From Lama glama (lineage: Eukaryota), in contig CM052817.1 in the NCBI GenBank assembly GCA_028534125.1, positions 69,442,001 through 69,506,000 on the forward strand: 64,000 bases of DNA. Direction: 5' to 3'. Of the stretch, positions 11,557-25,021 are shown one piece after another. The translations under genes were made by a program, and so were the position numbers. A model generated the notes under the pieces. The model made no database searches and had not been told where the DNA came from. It saw nothing but the letters and a program-made list of their open reading frames with translations. Position 1 is the first letter of the stretch; the number at the start of each line of letters is the position of its first letter.

Positions 11557-14500
11557 TTGTAGATTAAAGCCACTGACACAGGGCATGAACTTACAAATAG
11601 GGTAAATCCAAGTTAAAATCCAAGCTCAAACATTTGATAGCTAAATGATCTTAAAGTTCATCCCCTTACTTGGTCTCATTGTTCCCATTAACAGCTCTCA
11701 CATATCTATAGAGATTTAACAATCTCTCCTCTACCGTTATCATTAGGCTACGTAAGAATCTTTTTATGAGAAATCAATCAACCTTGTCCTCAAATCATAC
11801 AGAAAAAAATTTTAATAACAAAACTAGTTGAAGAGAAAACTCGTGACAAGGGATAACAGCAGAAGGGAGAAAGATGCAAAGAATATTTTTTCTAGGCTTG
11901 AAATGGTGTAGATGAGACTGCATAGAGAAAATAAACGCTTTCAAAGGAGATAAAAATTAGCACTCTTTTGCATGTCGATGTGGTGCCCAACTTGAATCCC
12001 TTAACAATATTTTCCAAGTGGATAATTGTCAGGAGACTATTTAAATGCCATTCAAATGCCTGTACCCAGAGGAGTGGGGGAGTTCAGGCCAATAAGGGAG
12101 AAGCCAGGTGGAAACTAAACTCCAAACACTAGCAGGAGAAAACAAAAAGCAACAACAAAAAGCCTAAAAATGTACTTCAGGATTAAGAGACTATGAAACC
12201 TGGAAAACAGATAATATTTGAGGAAGAAAAAGATCCCAAACTGCAAATAAATCTACTGTTTAAATCCTCATGATCTCTGCACAGATTTTGAAAATGTCCT
12301 AAGTGCTTTATTCAAGACTCATATACATTAGCATTGTATAAGCAGGGAAAACAAAATGAAACAAAGCAAAGCAAAATGAAAGAGGGATTGAACAGTTCAC
12401 CAAAGAATAAGATTTTACAAAATTAAAGCCAAGAGATTGAATACTTAAAGAGATTAAATATGTATGTTTCTGGTGCAAAAGGGCTAAAATAAACACAGAG
12501 GCCATTATCAGATTTCAAATGAGCAAATATTATCTTCCAACTAAACTGTAAAAGCAAAAGAGAAAATGTTGTCCTCTGGAAAATTCAATTCCATAAGTGA
12601 GAGAAGACCACCAGAAAAAATAGCTTTAAATCAACTGGCTTCCTGGTTTGGGAAGGGAATATTCAATCCAGCTCCCTCATTTTACTGATGGGAGCTCCTG
12701 GACCAGAGAGGTTATAGAACAAAACTGAGTAAAGCATAAATCGTGCTTCGTCTCTGTAACCTGTCTCCCCTGACACTGACTATATCTTCCCTTTCTGAGA
12801 GAAACTGGAAAACCCTCATCTGGAACATAAAGAGAATACAGAAAGGAACTTGTATCAAAGATAAAATTCTTACAGTGATCAGTTTCTTATCAACTTATAT
12901 ATCCTTAGCCTATCTCACCGAGATGTGGAAAACAAAGGAAGAATATTTGTGACATTATAAGGATCTTTGTTAAAAAGGATAATAACTCAAAGAAGGAAAA
13001 ATAGGAAGGAGGCAGGGGCAAAATTTTTTTCACAGTTCATATCTGCATCCACCTTGACTAATTTCAGACATTCTCAACTTCTCGCACTGCTCACCAAACA
13101 CATCAATGCTCAGTCCAAATAACTGACAAACGTGAAATAAGACCCTCTCTCTGGCCTTCTCCCATTGAGCAGGTGCACAGAAGGAACCAAGATGGCAGCA
13201 CCCATGGCTCTGCAGTGGAAGAGGTAGAAGAGGGTCTTGAGGAGGCAAAGGCTTCACTGGGAAACCTGAAGGGACTGTGGGCAAGAATTCTGAATGAGGC
13301 CTAAGTCCTGCAGAAGGAAAGAGGCTCCAGGGCCTGGGGAAGGGTTTCACACCTAAGGCGGGCGTGATCTCCTTAGGCTGAGGTGGGGAGTAAGTGGTTC
13401 TTGCAGGATAGGAGCTGGCTGGGCTGGGTTCATTTGTCTTGGTCTCTCTTTGGCCTGTTCCAAGTTCCAGAGCATTTTGTTGCACTTGGGGCCTGCATGG
13501 ATTTAGTTCCACAGTTAAGACCTGAAGAGAGCATTTCAAACAGAAGCCCCTCTCAACAGCTTGCCTGAACTTAAGTCTGCCTCCTCATTTGCTTTGAAAA
13601 ACTACAAATCCAACTTGTATTTTTAAAGAACATGGCAGAAAAAGAACTAAGTACAGTAAGGCTGTTTTCAAGTCAAATTGGTATCAAAAGGAATTGAGTT
13701 TCTTCCTTTGTTTCAACAATTGCTTATAGATGTATTATTACCCAGAAACATTTTTCCACCTAAGAGTGGTCAGGATTCTCACACCACTACCAACCTAAAG
13801 TCATATGTTTTGGGGGGAATGGGAGAGAGAGGACAGGGATTGGAAAGGACCCTAGACTTCATCTAGTTTAAGTCTGTAATTTTATAAAAAAGGAAACTGA
13901 TTTCCAGAAAAGACTCAGTCAAATGTTGGGATCCATTATTTTCTGTCTTACCCACACTTTTTGACTATTAGTTTACGTTCTTAGGAAGAGCAACATGCTA
14001 CTTCTTAAAACTGCCTTCTGGCCAACCTTAGCGTAAGAAACATGACAGCTAAAATTGCTGTTGTTCTTAATAAATGGAACTGTTTGTTATTGCTCTAAGG
14101 GGACAAAAAAATGATAAATGATAGTAATGAGCCTAGATTCTGCTGTCAGAGCCACGTGAATCTTTGGGATAACAGACCATCTTCTCTGGCATTGGCCATT
14201 TCCCTACTGGCAAATTAAGGGAAATGACTGAGCCTTGCTTTAGACAGCAGAGGACTTTGAAGACAGGAATGCCATGATGGTGCCTGTTACAACTGGGAAT
14301 GTAAAATGAAGGTGAGAATGAACAAGTAGTTAAAGGTACGGATGGAGACCTAGATGACAAGTGATTAGAAAGAGAGTGTTGGCATTAAGGCCAAATAAGG
14401 ATGACCCCTGGGCTCTCCCCTGCTCTAATCCACCAGTCCTCCATCCCTCCTGGGAGGTATTTCCTCACATTTAGGACAGAGTCATGGCCCTCAGAACTGG

Positions 14501-14842
14501 TGACTCTGGATAGATCAGCTTCCTGGTCATGTTGGACAACTGTATATCCATCTATCCATCCATTCATCTGTTTATGTATTTATTTTTATCCCTCGTTGTT
14601 CTGAAAGGATTTGAGGGATATCAAATAAAATGTAACAAAATAGCATAAATTAAAAGCAAGAAGGAAAAAGGGAGGAACACAAGTGAAGAACTAAAAGGGA
14701 TCCAGGAACAAGACTGAAAGCAAACACTTCAAAATGCATTTTGTGATCATTCATCTAGCTGTACCCATATGACATACGTACTTCCTGTATGGATATATAG
14801 GTGGCAATTAAAAACTCACTTCTTTAAAAAATAATAATTACT

Positions 14843-15247
14843 GAGGGAAAGATAATACTGTATAATCTCACTCATATGTAGAATCAAAAAAAAAGAAGAA
14901 GAAGAAGAACTCACAGATGCAGAGAACAGATTGATAGTTGCCAGAGGCAGGGGATAGGGGGTAAGCAAAATGAATAAAGTTTATTTTATAAGCTTCCAGT
15001 TATAAAATAAATGAGTACTGGGGTTTTAATGTACAGCATGGTAACTATAGTTAACAATACTGTATTGCAAATTTGAAAGTTGCCAAGAGAGTAGAACCTA
15101 ACAGTTCTCATCACAAGGAAGAAAGTTGTTACCTATGTGTGGTGATAGAAGTTAACTAGACTGCTTGTAGTGATCACTGGCAATATATACAAATATCAAA
15201 TCATTATGTTTTACACTTGAAACTATACTGTATGTCAGTGAGAGCTC
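14843..15247 (+). mobile_element. L1MA9-like 3' end, 5'-truncated
   Basis: GCTTCCAGTTATAAAATAAATGAG...GTACAGCATGGTAACTATAGTTAACAATACTGTATTG...GAAAGTTGCCAAGAGAGTAG. 17-bp TSD with one mismatch, AAAAAATAATAAT(T/A)ACT, at 14826-14842 and 15248-15264. Confidence 0.9.
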
Positions 15248-15264
15248 AAAAAATAATAATAACT

Positions 15265-15492
15265 AACATTTGCATGCCAGCCACTCTTCTAACCAGTTTT
15301 ACCCACATCATCACACGGTTTAATACTAACAGCAACCCTATGAGGGTGATTACTGTTATTATCCCTGTTTTAGAATTGAGAATCAGAGGATTAGGAACTT
15401 AAAGAATCTGTCTAAGATAAAACCTGGAGTCAACTAAGGCATTCATTTAGCCAAGCTGTCAACCACAGGTTCTATACTCTTAAACTACTCTG
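15265..15492 (-). mobile_element. MIR SINE
   Basis: TTTAATACTAACAGCAACCCTATGAGGG...TTATTATCCCTGTTTTAGA. Confidence 0.75.
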
Positions 15493-16014
15493 CTAGTGAG
15501 AGGTCCAGCCTTACTAACATTTCAGGTATTTTTTTTTCACTCTTCACTGAGGACAAAACAAATTACATATAACAATACGTCACAGATCGATAAATTTGTA
15601 ATGAGTTAACTTTTTGAAAACATTATAATTTTAATAAAAAACAAATATGAACTTTTGTACAAACTTGTGGAATATTATGCTGGTTTACTCTGAAATTGTC
15701 ACATTTTATTAATGAGCTAGGGTCTTAGATGAGGCCCATGTTTGTGAAATTCACTATTAAGGTCAGCATTTGTGCAATGGCCCTCTCCTGCCAACCTATC
15801 AAAAAAAAAAAAAAAAGCTGAGCATTTGTAGTAATCAAATCCCCAACAAATGTGTAAGGATTAGTACTATGTTTGAGGAGAAGATAAGGAAAATCAAGAA
15901 CACTTTCTATGGAGTATAATTTTATTTTAATCCAAAAAAATACTAAAGCTGAAGGCCCAGCTGACAGAACTTTGCATTTCATTATGTATCATAATAGTCT
16001 CATTCGTTATCTGA

Positions 16015-16258
16015 TTATCATAATGAAAATCTCACTCATTATCTCTCTCTTGAACTAGAAAATGAAGTCCATGACCAAGAGTTCAAGTCTATGATGTAAT
16101 TCTAAATATTTTGCAGGGCAGTCACTTGCTCTGGGGTTATCATAATGAAAATCTCACTCATTATCTCTCTCTTGAACTAGAAAATGAAGTCCATTACCAA
16201 GAGTTCAAGTCTATGATGTAATTCTAAATATTCTGCAGGGCAGTCACTTGCTCTGGGG
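16015..16258. repeat. Direct tandem duplication, 2 x 122 bp
   Basis: 16015-16136 and 16137-16258 are identical except for 2 substitutions (CCATGACC/CCATTACC; ATTTTGCAG/ATTCTGCAG). Confidence 0.97.
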
Positions 16259-17387
16259 CCACAGAAAACAAGAAAACCAAAGTTTATAATTTGCTAAAAT
16301 AAAACTCTAATATGTGATCAAGGCAAATAATAAAACAAGATATCAGTACTTGGAGGAACCAGCCTCCTGAATGATAATGAAGTACATTTTATTTAGACTG
16401 TCTTTTAGTAAAACAATTAACATAACATGCAGCTATAATTTAAAGTAGGCAGGGAGTGAGGCGGGAATAAGGAAGAGAGAGGGGACACAGGGCACAAACA
16501 GAAGGGTAAGATGCAAGATATGCTATTTTTGTGTAAGGCATGTGTTGACTTGGAGAGAATTTGTAGTCAAAAGCCACTGCAGTTTACTTAAACATGTCTT
16601 TGAAAGGGATCTACCAGAGACAATACATAATTTATAATATGCCACAAAAAATACTTTTGAGGAGGGGCTTCATGAGTTGCAACCCATCCTAAAAATTAAA
16701 AACTGTAAATAGCTACATAATTTGACAGCAAATATAAATATAAAACATGTCATCAAGCTAGCAAAAGAAGTAACAGATTTAAGTAGGGCATCCAACAAAG
16801 AATTTACCCTGTGGGTAACAAAAACAGGAAAATAGAAAAATTAGCACTATAATAATTTAAATATGTATGACTTGAATGTTTGCATATCTTCTTTTCTTGG
16901 TAATTTTAGTTTACAAATGGCTTGACCAAAATATATTGCAGAGCTGCTTCACATAAAGATCAGGAATCCCTGCCATCTGATGTACAGAAATGAAAACCAC
17001 AGTGATTATTGTCAAGCCAGAAATTTACCAACCCTACATGAAAAACTGCTGCTTGAAAACCCCAACAGTCCATAAAATATTAATGGTATTCTAAATTAGA
17101 TGACTACTCAAAAATTCTTAAATATGGGGACCTCAAAATTAAAGTTTCCTATGAAATGTTGGCAGATTCTCATATGAAATGATTTTGCAAAGGTGCAGAG
17201 AAAGGAAGATCTGGCCCCAAGAAACGTGTTGTGTATGTATAGATTTCTATTTATCTCCTATTAGTCTCACAGTCCAATTAAATGAGGATTCATGTTGTGA
17301 AACCCAAAGACCAACCCAAATTTGACTTTTTTTCATACTCCAAATAGTCTTATCCTCTACCACAATATAAGGAGTAAAAGGGCAGTC

Positions 17388-18925
17388 TTTTTTTTTTCCC
17401 ACCACTGAGGTATAATTACATACAATAAATTTAATGTAAGTTATAACATATGCATTTACCTGGGCAGCCATCACCACAAGCAATATAGTGAACATATCCA
17501 CCCACCCCTAAAAATTTATTCTTTTTTAAGATGTCTGTATTTTTTATGACAATTTTCCAATACATCATCAAAGGTCTTCTTCTGACATATTACAACAATA
17601 GCAAACGACTACCATAATTATGTAGCGTTATGACAGTCACCAAATGATGGAATTCAAATGTTTTAAGGTAGATGGGTCTTTGTCTTATCTGCACAGAGGA
17701 GCCATACAGAGCTACACAGGTTCAAGGTCTTCCTGCCACCACCCCCTTGTTCAGTGTACTCCAGTCCCATGAGCCCCTCTCACACATCATGCTCAAGTTC
17801 ACTCCTAAAAGCTTATTCTCGCCCCTTGGAAATCCTTCCCTCCCCTCCTCCATTCTCTCCCCCTCTCCTCCTCCTCAATACCCAGACAGCCACTGATCTG
17901 CTTTCTATCACTATAGATTAGTTTGCATTTTCTGAACTTTTCTGTAAATGGGATCATACAGTATGTACTCTTTTTTGTCTGCCTTGTTTCACTCAGCATA
18001 ATTATTTGGAGATTCACTTACATTGTATGTGTACCAATAGTTCAGTCCTATTTCTTGCTGGATAGTATTCCACTATATGGACATTACACAGTGTGCTCTT
18101 TCAGTCCCTTGTCACTGAATATTTGAATTTTTTTCCAGTCGTTGGTTATTACACATAAAGCTGCTATGAGTATTTATGTCCAAGCTTTTGTATTGAGTTA
18201 TAATTTCCATTGTCTTAAATAAATATCTAGGAATGTAGAAAATAGATCATACGGTAATTGTAGGCTTAACTTTTTAGGAAACTACCAAATCACTTTGAAA
18301 AGTGGTTTTACTATTTAAATTCCCACCAACAATGTATGGCAGTTCCAGTTCCTCCTCATTCTTGTCAACACTTGGTATGGTCATTATCTAATCTGAGCCA
18401 TTCTAATAGGTGAGTAATAATATAACCCTGTGTTTTTACTTTGAATTTTTCTATTGAGCGTTTTTTCATGTGCTTACTTATCATGAAATTATTTTCCTTG
18501 AAGACATGTCTGTTCAAAGATTTTACACAGATATTATCAGGTTATTTGTTCTGTAATTATTAAATTTTCAGAGTTCTTTACACATACTGGATAAAAGGCC
18601 TTCATCATATACAAAGTTTGCAAATATTTTCTCATAAAATATAAATTGTCTTTTCATTCTCTTAACAGATTCTTTAAAAGAGTATAAATTTTAAATTTTG
18701 ATGAAGTCTACTCTATATTTTTTTTCCTTAAATAGATTGTACTTTTTGTGTTGTATCTAAGAAACCTTTGCCTAGCTCATGGTCACAAACATTTTCTCCT
18801 ATGCGTTCTGCTGTAAGATTTATAGTTTTAGGTTTTACATTTAGATCTATGATTCATTTTAAGCCTGAAGTTGTTTTTGTTTTTTGCATATGGTTATCTA
18901 CTTTTTTCAGCACCATTTGTTTGAA
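17388..18925 (-). mobile_element. L1MC/L1MD-type 3' portion, interrupted at 17523-17800
   Basis: Poly-T at left end. CCACTGATCTGCTTTCTATCACTATAGATTAGTTTGCATTTTC. Minus ORF 17805-18017 (MNLQIIMLSETRQTKKSTYCMIPF) is a typical L1 3' translation. Confidence 0.9.
17523..17800 (-). pseudogene. Candidate processed (retrotransposed) fragment of an unidentified mRNA 3' end
   Basis: Non-L1 insert flanked by a 16/19 TSD (ACCCCTAAAAATTTATTCT 17504-17522; ACTCCTAAAAGCTTATTCT 17801-17819). Short T-run (poly-A remnant) at the left end. Confidence 0.6.
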
Positions 18926-18929
18926 AGGT

Positions 18930-19125
18930 CTCAGTGGTCTACAATCAAGGTGTCAGCAGAGCTGTGTTTCCTCTGGAGGATCTAGGGGAGAATCCTTTTT
19001 TGTTGTTTTATCTAGTTTATCTAATTTGGATTGAGCCTATCTGGGTAATTCAGGCTTTCTTCATCTCAAAGTCAGTTGATTAGCAAACTTAATTCCATCT
19101 GCATCCTTAATTTCCTTTGCTATTT
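18930..19125 (-). mobile_element. MLT1 (MLT1D/E-like) LTR fragment
   Basis: AATCAAGGTGTCAGCAGAGCTGTGTTTCCTCTGGAGG..CTAGGGGAGAATCC; CTTAATTCCATCTGCA. Confidence 0.8.
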
Positions 19126-19284
19126 AAACAGCCATGCAACGACCATGTAAGTGCTTGAGCAAAAGCTGAACAAATATATGTTACAGTAATTCCATAAATC
19201 TATTTCTTCATTGAGTGGGATGTCATCTGCAATAACCTTTAATATAATTCTTAATTCTAAGCATATTTGATTGTATGAAACCAA

Positions 19285-19540
19285 AATAATAACTACAGTT
19301 ACTATTTACTCAGTGCTTACTGTGTACCAGGTATCTCTGAAACACTCATTACCTTGCTCAATCCTTCAACAACAAAGCCTTACAACAAACTATGAGATAG
19401 GTTTTGTTTTCCCCATTACAGAGGAAAATGAGGTACAGAGTTACAGAGACATTAAATACTCTATCAGAAGTCATGTCCTTAGTGTGTAGGGGAGCCACTG
19501 CTTGATGCCTGGTCCATGTTTTATAACTATGACACCATGT
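19285..19540 (-). mobile_element. MIR SINE
   Basis: CTATTTACTCAGTGCTTACTGTGTACCAGG...CCCATTACAGAGGAAAATGAGGTACAGAG. Confidence 0.8.
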
Positions 19541-19689
19541 TGCTGTGATACTTTGTTGTAGGGATCCATATACAGGCTGGCAAGGATAAATTGGGAAAAA
19601 CCCAAAGACTAGAAGTTTTGTTCTTGGGTTTAATATCAAATCAGCCCTTAAACTGCCCATAATCTCATATTTTGCTCACGTTTTATCTT

Positions 19690-20020
19690 GTATTAATGAG
19701 CTTGGGCTAGATTATTCTGCAGTAACAAATGACCCCCAAATCTCTGTGGCTTTCAACAATTAACTTCTCAAATCACATTGCACATGCATCACTGAGCTCC
19801 TGTCAGGAATAGGCAGATCACCTGGCAGAAAGACACCAAAGATGGAAACTGTGCAGTGGTACTTAATGCTTTGAAAGGGGCATACAGCAGTTCTCCTCAC
19901 TTTCTTTTGGTCAAAGTAAGTCACAAGGCCAAGCTCAGTGTCTGTTAAGCAGAGAAATATAATCCCTAACACAGAAAGAGGCAGTAAATTTTGGGAACAA
20001 TAACAAAATCTATCACAAAC
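19690..20020 (-). mobile_element. Old MLT1 (MLT1J/K-like) LTR
   Basis: CTAGATTATTCTGCAGTAACAAATGACCCCCAAATCTCTGTGGCTT...GGTCAAAGTAAGTCACAAGGCC. Confidence 0.75.
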
Positions 20021-20829
20021 CTCTTGATTCATCATTCCATTTCTCTGGCTTCTCCAAGCCCTCCTATCCAACATTTTTACCCATTGGTTTCTTTAGCTCT
20101 CAGACTCACCCTACATCTGTCCTTTGTCGCAATGTACTACTTTTCTCTTCTTCCCTATCTTAGTACTTGCCAAGTGCACATCTGCTAAATGAACCCCATC
20201 GGTTAGGTCTGGAGATTTTCCCCTATAAATGGCTCTAACAGAGCCCCAGTGTCCAGGGATCCACTTCTCTGACATTAGTTTACATAGATATTTCCTGAAT
20301 TTACTGAATGACTTGAGTCTGAATCTTAAAAAAAAAAAAAAAAAAAAGCACCTTCCATACTTAACAGAGGGATGAGGGTTCTCTACCATATGTCAAAAAC
20401 GCTTTCTAGTCACAGAAACAACTAACCAAGGTGAAAATATTTTTGATCATAACGTCTACCTCTGTCTAATTTCTTACACCCGCACATGCTATGATCATTG
20501 TTACATGTGTGAGGAGTTATTAGATTATAATCTGTGCTTTTTACCTTCATGTAAAATAGAATAAATTTATTTTCTATTACACAAACTTCTGCTGTTTTAA
20601 AAATTAATTCTAAAATTAGTTGTGGCTTTGTGTGTGTCTGCATAGTCTTTTGAGAATAGTTTGTAACAATCTGATTTGCTTGTGGTATACATATAAAACT
20701 GCTTTAAATTATATATAACTTTGTCATCTATCAGGTCAAGAAAGAGCTTACCTGATTGTTCTGAAAGAGTCCATTGTGCCCTCAAAATTTATAACAGTTA
20801 TCAACATCAACTAAATCCTTAAACACTTC

Positions 20830-22190
20830 CTTGGAAAATGAGAAGTCAGTGCCTAGAAATTTATCCTGAGCATTAGACCCATGTATCTCTCTCACAGTAA
20901 ACATTCACTCTGGAATATCCCTCAATAACCTAAAACTCACATAGCTAATTATATAATTAAAGCCAAATTGATACATCTAATTATCTAATATCATTTTTAA
21001 TCCATTTCCTTCCGTCTACCCTTTATCCTCTACCCCCACTCCCAAGCACACCACTAAGCCACTCTTTCTATATATCCCAGGTTGTTAAAATGTGCCATCA
21101 CTCACTCAGGTGCCCAAGAAGAAACCTGGGGTCATAATAGACTCTCTTGTATCTCACCTCCCTCATCAACTCAGACATCAAGCCCTCTCACCTCCCGTAC
21201 ACTTTTCAGAGTTTTCAGTGTTCTTTTCCACCACCTGTGCCCTGGTTTAGACCTTCGTTGCATCATACTGAAAACTTTGATTAATCTCCTTATTGGATTC
21301 ACTCTTCACCCTCAGCTAACACTGATTTTCATACAATACAAATCTCATTGTGTTACTTTACCACTTAACATTTTTTAATTATAAGGTCTACCACTTATCA
21401 AGCCTACTGAGGGAATCACCTTAAAAATTTTCCATGCAACAATCCATGACACTCTCATGACAACCCTGTGATGGAGATACTAATGTTATCAGCAATGAAT
21501 TTGAGAAAACTCATGCGCAGAGAGGCAATATAATTTGCCCAAGGTTGCAGAATTAGTATAAAGCCTCAGATTCAAACATAGACAGTATGCCTCCAGAGTT
21601 CATCTTCTTAACAACCACATTTTGTTTTATTTTTCTAGTTATATTTATTATCTACGCAAAAACGATGCCTCCCTTTCAGCTTCAGGATAAACAGCAAAGG
21701 CATATAAGGCCCTTTGTGATATGTCTCTTATCCATCTCTCACGCCTCATTTCTCTCCTCTGTTGGCCCCAGTCCTGTTCAAACATTTGTATCTGTTATAT
21801 GCATCATGCTCTGTCAAGCTCCCTCATGTCCCAGTGCCTTTGTTATACTGTTCCCTTCCCTTAGAGTATTTTTCCTGTTCTTTTTCTCCTGCTCATTTCT
21901 TCAGATTACGTTCAAATATCACCTCCTCCAGCAACTAACAGCAACTATCTTTGTCCCAGATGTTTCTCTTCTATGTGCCCTTTGTACCTTGTGTATGCCA
22001 CATCATTATCATAAGAGTCACATTTAAGAAATAGCCAAAGTGCTTGTCAGTTTTTTCATGTACTGGTAGAAGTACTTGAGAACAAGGACTATGTATTTCA
22101 CTTGTATAATATGAGAATTTATGAGAGTGCTGGACACAAAGTATGTGTTTAAGAAGTGTTTTGATAAATAGATGGATGGATGAATGGAGA
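20830..22190 (+). mobile_element. Fragmented L2, with an inserted minus-strand MIR at about 21420-21620
   Basis: L2 motifs (CCAAGAAGAAACCTGGGGTCAT; CAAATATCACCTCCTC; GTGCTGGACACAAAGTA...GATGGATGAATG). MIR core ACAACCCTGTGA...TAATTTGCCCAAGGT. Confidence 0.7.
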
Positions 22191-22204
22191 GATATCCCTC
22201 AGAG

Positions 22205-22521
22205 TTGCACTGTTCAATATGGTAGCCATTAGCCACATGGGACTATTGAGTACTTAATGTGATTAGTCCAAATCTAGATATACTGTAAATGTAAAATACA
22301 CACTGGGTTTTTAAAAATATATATGACAAAACATATATAAAGTATTTCATGAATAGTTTTTATATTGGCCATATGTTGAAGAGATATTAGTTTATATATT
22401 TGGTTATGTAAAATCTATTATTAAAATTAATATCATTTGTTTAGTACTTTTACTTTTTGAATATGCTATTAGAAGATTTAAAATTGTGTGGCTTGTATTA
22501 TATTTCTATTTTACAGTGCTG
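22205..22521. mobile_element. MER33/MER3-type hAT-Charlie MITE
   Basis: GCACTGTTCAATATGGTAGCCATTAGCCACATG ... TATATTTCTATTTTACAGTGCTG. Degenerate 8-bp TSD CCTCAGAG/CATTAGAG. Confidence 0.85.
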
Positions 22522-23664
22522 CATTAGAGAAATGGATTTAAAAGATTAGCCAATGCTGGTTAGCAGTGCTGGTTTAGGTCACAGGACGGTGACTTGGGGA
22601 CAACAGTGGTTGATAAGCGTGAGCTACAGCTGGAAAGAAAATTCAAAGTTAAAACAGTAGAGAGCCATGCCTGTGGCATCAATCTAATTAATGCCTCTAG
22701 ACTGTTCCATTACTGGAAGTTGGTATTTGACAGAAGACCACTCATCCAGGAGGTAGGGGAAGATACAGGTAAGTTTATTACAGATTGAAAGTCTGTAAAA
22801 TAATTCACAAACATAAAGCAAAGCAGATACTCTAGAGCACAGAACTGAAGACCGTCTAGGAGTTCCTTATTCCATGAATCATACCAGTGGGAATTTGAAC
22901 CCTAGGAGAGACCTGGGAGCAAGAGGAGCCTAGTCACAGGGAAGTGTAAGTCAGAAGACAACCCAAACACACATTTGTGAGCATGTGCCTACCACAGAGC
23001 TTGGCACGTGGTAGGTGTTCAGTTAATAGTTGTGGGATGAATAAATAAACGAATCAGCACCAAAGCAGTCAACAAGGAGTCAGAAGAATTGAGTTTTATG
23101 GTGAACTAGAAAGGTTAAATTTGAAGTAAGTTTAGCTTCCTGATTCCTTTATTTCTGAGTCTTAGAAAGGCTGCTGTGTTGTGAGCCGAAGGAGAAGACA
23201 CTGGGTATATTTAGAAAAATGTGGTCCAGGCTTTTGGATCGCTAAACTCCTGTTTTATTGTTTTAAAAAGTTTGGATTTTGTTATTATTTTGTTTTTCTT
23301 TGTTTTGCTTAGTGTTGTTTTGTTTTGCTTTGGGATCCAAAACCTGAAACAAGATGTTTAATGGTCATGGGATCTGAACAGGAATTCTTTAATCTAATAA
23401 AACCTAATTTATTCACAGTACAATTTTTTATGGCAATCTTAAATATCCAGGAACCTGGAAGTAATCAATTAGTATGTTGAAGCATCAATATGGATGTCTC
23501 AAAATCCATGCCTTAGAGACCATGCACTTAATTCATAGAAGTAAGTTTAATATTCAGGTTTATCTGCTGATAAAAATTAAAATTGGAAATAATAATTGTT
23601 TTTGAGCACCTACTGGGCATAGCATTTTATCCTAGGAAAGAAGTATTATTTTCATTCCTGTTCA

Positions 23665-23932
23665 TTTAACTCACAGTAGTTCCTTGAGGGAAGTAATATG
23701 CTATCATTTTCATATCATAGATTAAAAAACTGAGGTTCAATTTAAGTAAGAGACTTGCCAAAGATTGTCCAACAAATGGAATGTGAGCCAAGTCCAAATC
23801 ATAATTTTCAGAGTCTAAATTAGGGTCTATTTTCACTAAGCTAAATTGCTATTATTAATATATGGTGCAAATTCCAAGACAGAGAGAGCATGAATTTTTG
23901 ACTGAAGCTGGTGGGGCTGAAACATGCAAATG
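23665..23932. repeat. Copy 1 of an old local duplication (minus-strand MIR plus flank)
   Basis: Collinear similarity to 25022-25285. Confidence 0.85.
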
Positions 23933-24149
23933 GATTAGACTCTGATTCCAAATCCAGTAATATTAGCTGTGATACTCTGCTACTTTTGTAGCAGATTGGC
24001 AGAACCATTGCTAAAGATGGACACATCAGCAGTTGATAGGAAGTGATAGCTGATGACCTGATGAGTAATATAAGGCCTTGACCTTTTAGTCTGGTCAAGT
24101 AAACTGATAATTGCAATACACTGTGATTTATTGCCATGAGTGACTTCTC

Positions 24150-24960
24150 AGAGAAGGTGGCACCTGGATCTGAGACTTGAGAGACTTCAGATAACAAGAG
24201 TAGATGATTATTCCAGCAGAACAAAAACACTGGCAGAAAAGTTCATGACATGTTAAAGAACTACAAAGGAGTGGAAAACATTGCTCAAGGAGAGAGAGAG
24301 TGAGAGATGGGCCAAGGGCAAGTCATGGTGACCCTCAAATATTAAACTATCTGTGATAGACTAAAAGAGCCACAGAAGCATTTAAAGACAGTTAGATTAA
24401 TAGACTGAATTTTTAAAAGATGCCTGGCTATAGTGTAAGAAATAAGAGAAGGAAGCAAAGATAAGAGGCAAAGAGATAACAAAAGAAACTGCAATGTTAA
24501 TCCAGGCGAAAATTTAAAGGGCTAAACCAGGACCATGGCAAGAAGGATGGAGAGATGTGGATGGATCTGAATGCTATCTAGGAGGTAGAATTCAAGGCTA
24601 AGTGCCTATTTGGATACAGATGATGAGGGAGAAAAAGCTATCATGGATGATGCTAAGATTTCTATTTTGGGGAACTGGGTAAATGACAACGTCCTTAACC
24701 AATATAAAGAACACAGGAGGAACAGTCTCCCTTTTTGACTTGCTGAGTTTGAGGTACCTCAGTGATATTCAAGAAAAGAGGACTTGTGATCAATTAAATA
24801 AATAGTCCTGGAATATAGAAAATAGCTCTTGGCTAGAGATGCATAGATTTGGAGCTATCACAAAAGGAACAAATGCCTAAGGATTATCCAAAGAGGAAAA
24901 TTAAGAGGCAGAGATGTCTTGTAAACCAAAGGATTCTTTTTCCAGTGATTCTGGATGCAC
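24150..24960 (-). mobile_element. L2 fragment
   Basis: GAGCCACAGAAGCATTTAAAG...GAGAGATGTGGATGGATCTGA...TTTTGACTTGCTGAGTTTGAGGTACCT. Confidence 0.75.
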
Positions 24961-25021
24961 AGTAGTGGTTTTAGTATACACTGCATTTTAATTTACAAAG
25001 TATTTAATAAATACTGACTCT

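Noticed and set aside
13030..13539. 169-aa minus-strand ORF in a GC-richer patch
   Set aside because: No recognisable domain, non-ATG start and no convincing splice context. Length is plausible by chance at the locally higher GC.
16015..16258. Tandem repeat as a CRISPR-like or functional array
   Set aside because: Only two adjacent units with no spacers, in a eukaryotic genome.
21587..22027. 146-aa plus-strand ORF
   Set aside because: Lies over MIR/L2 remnants and is a low-complexity T/C-rich translation.
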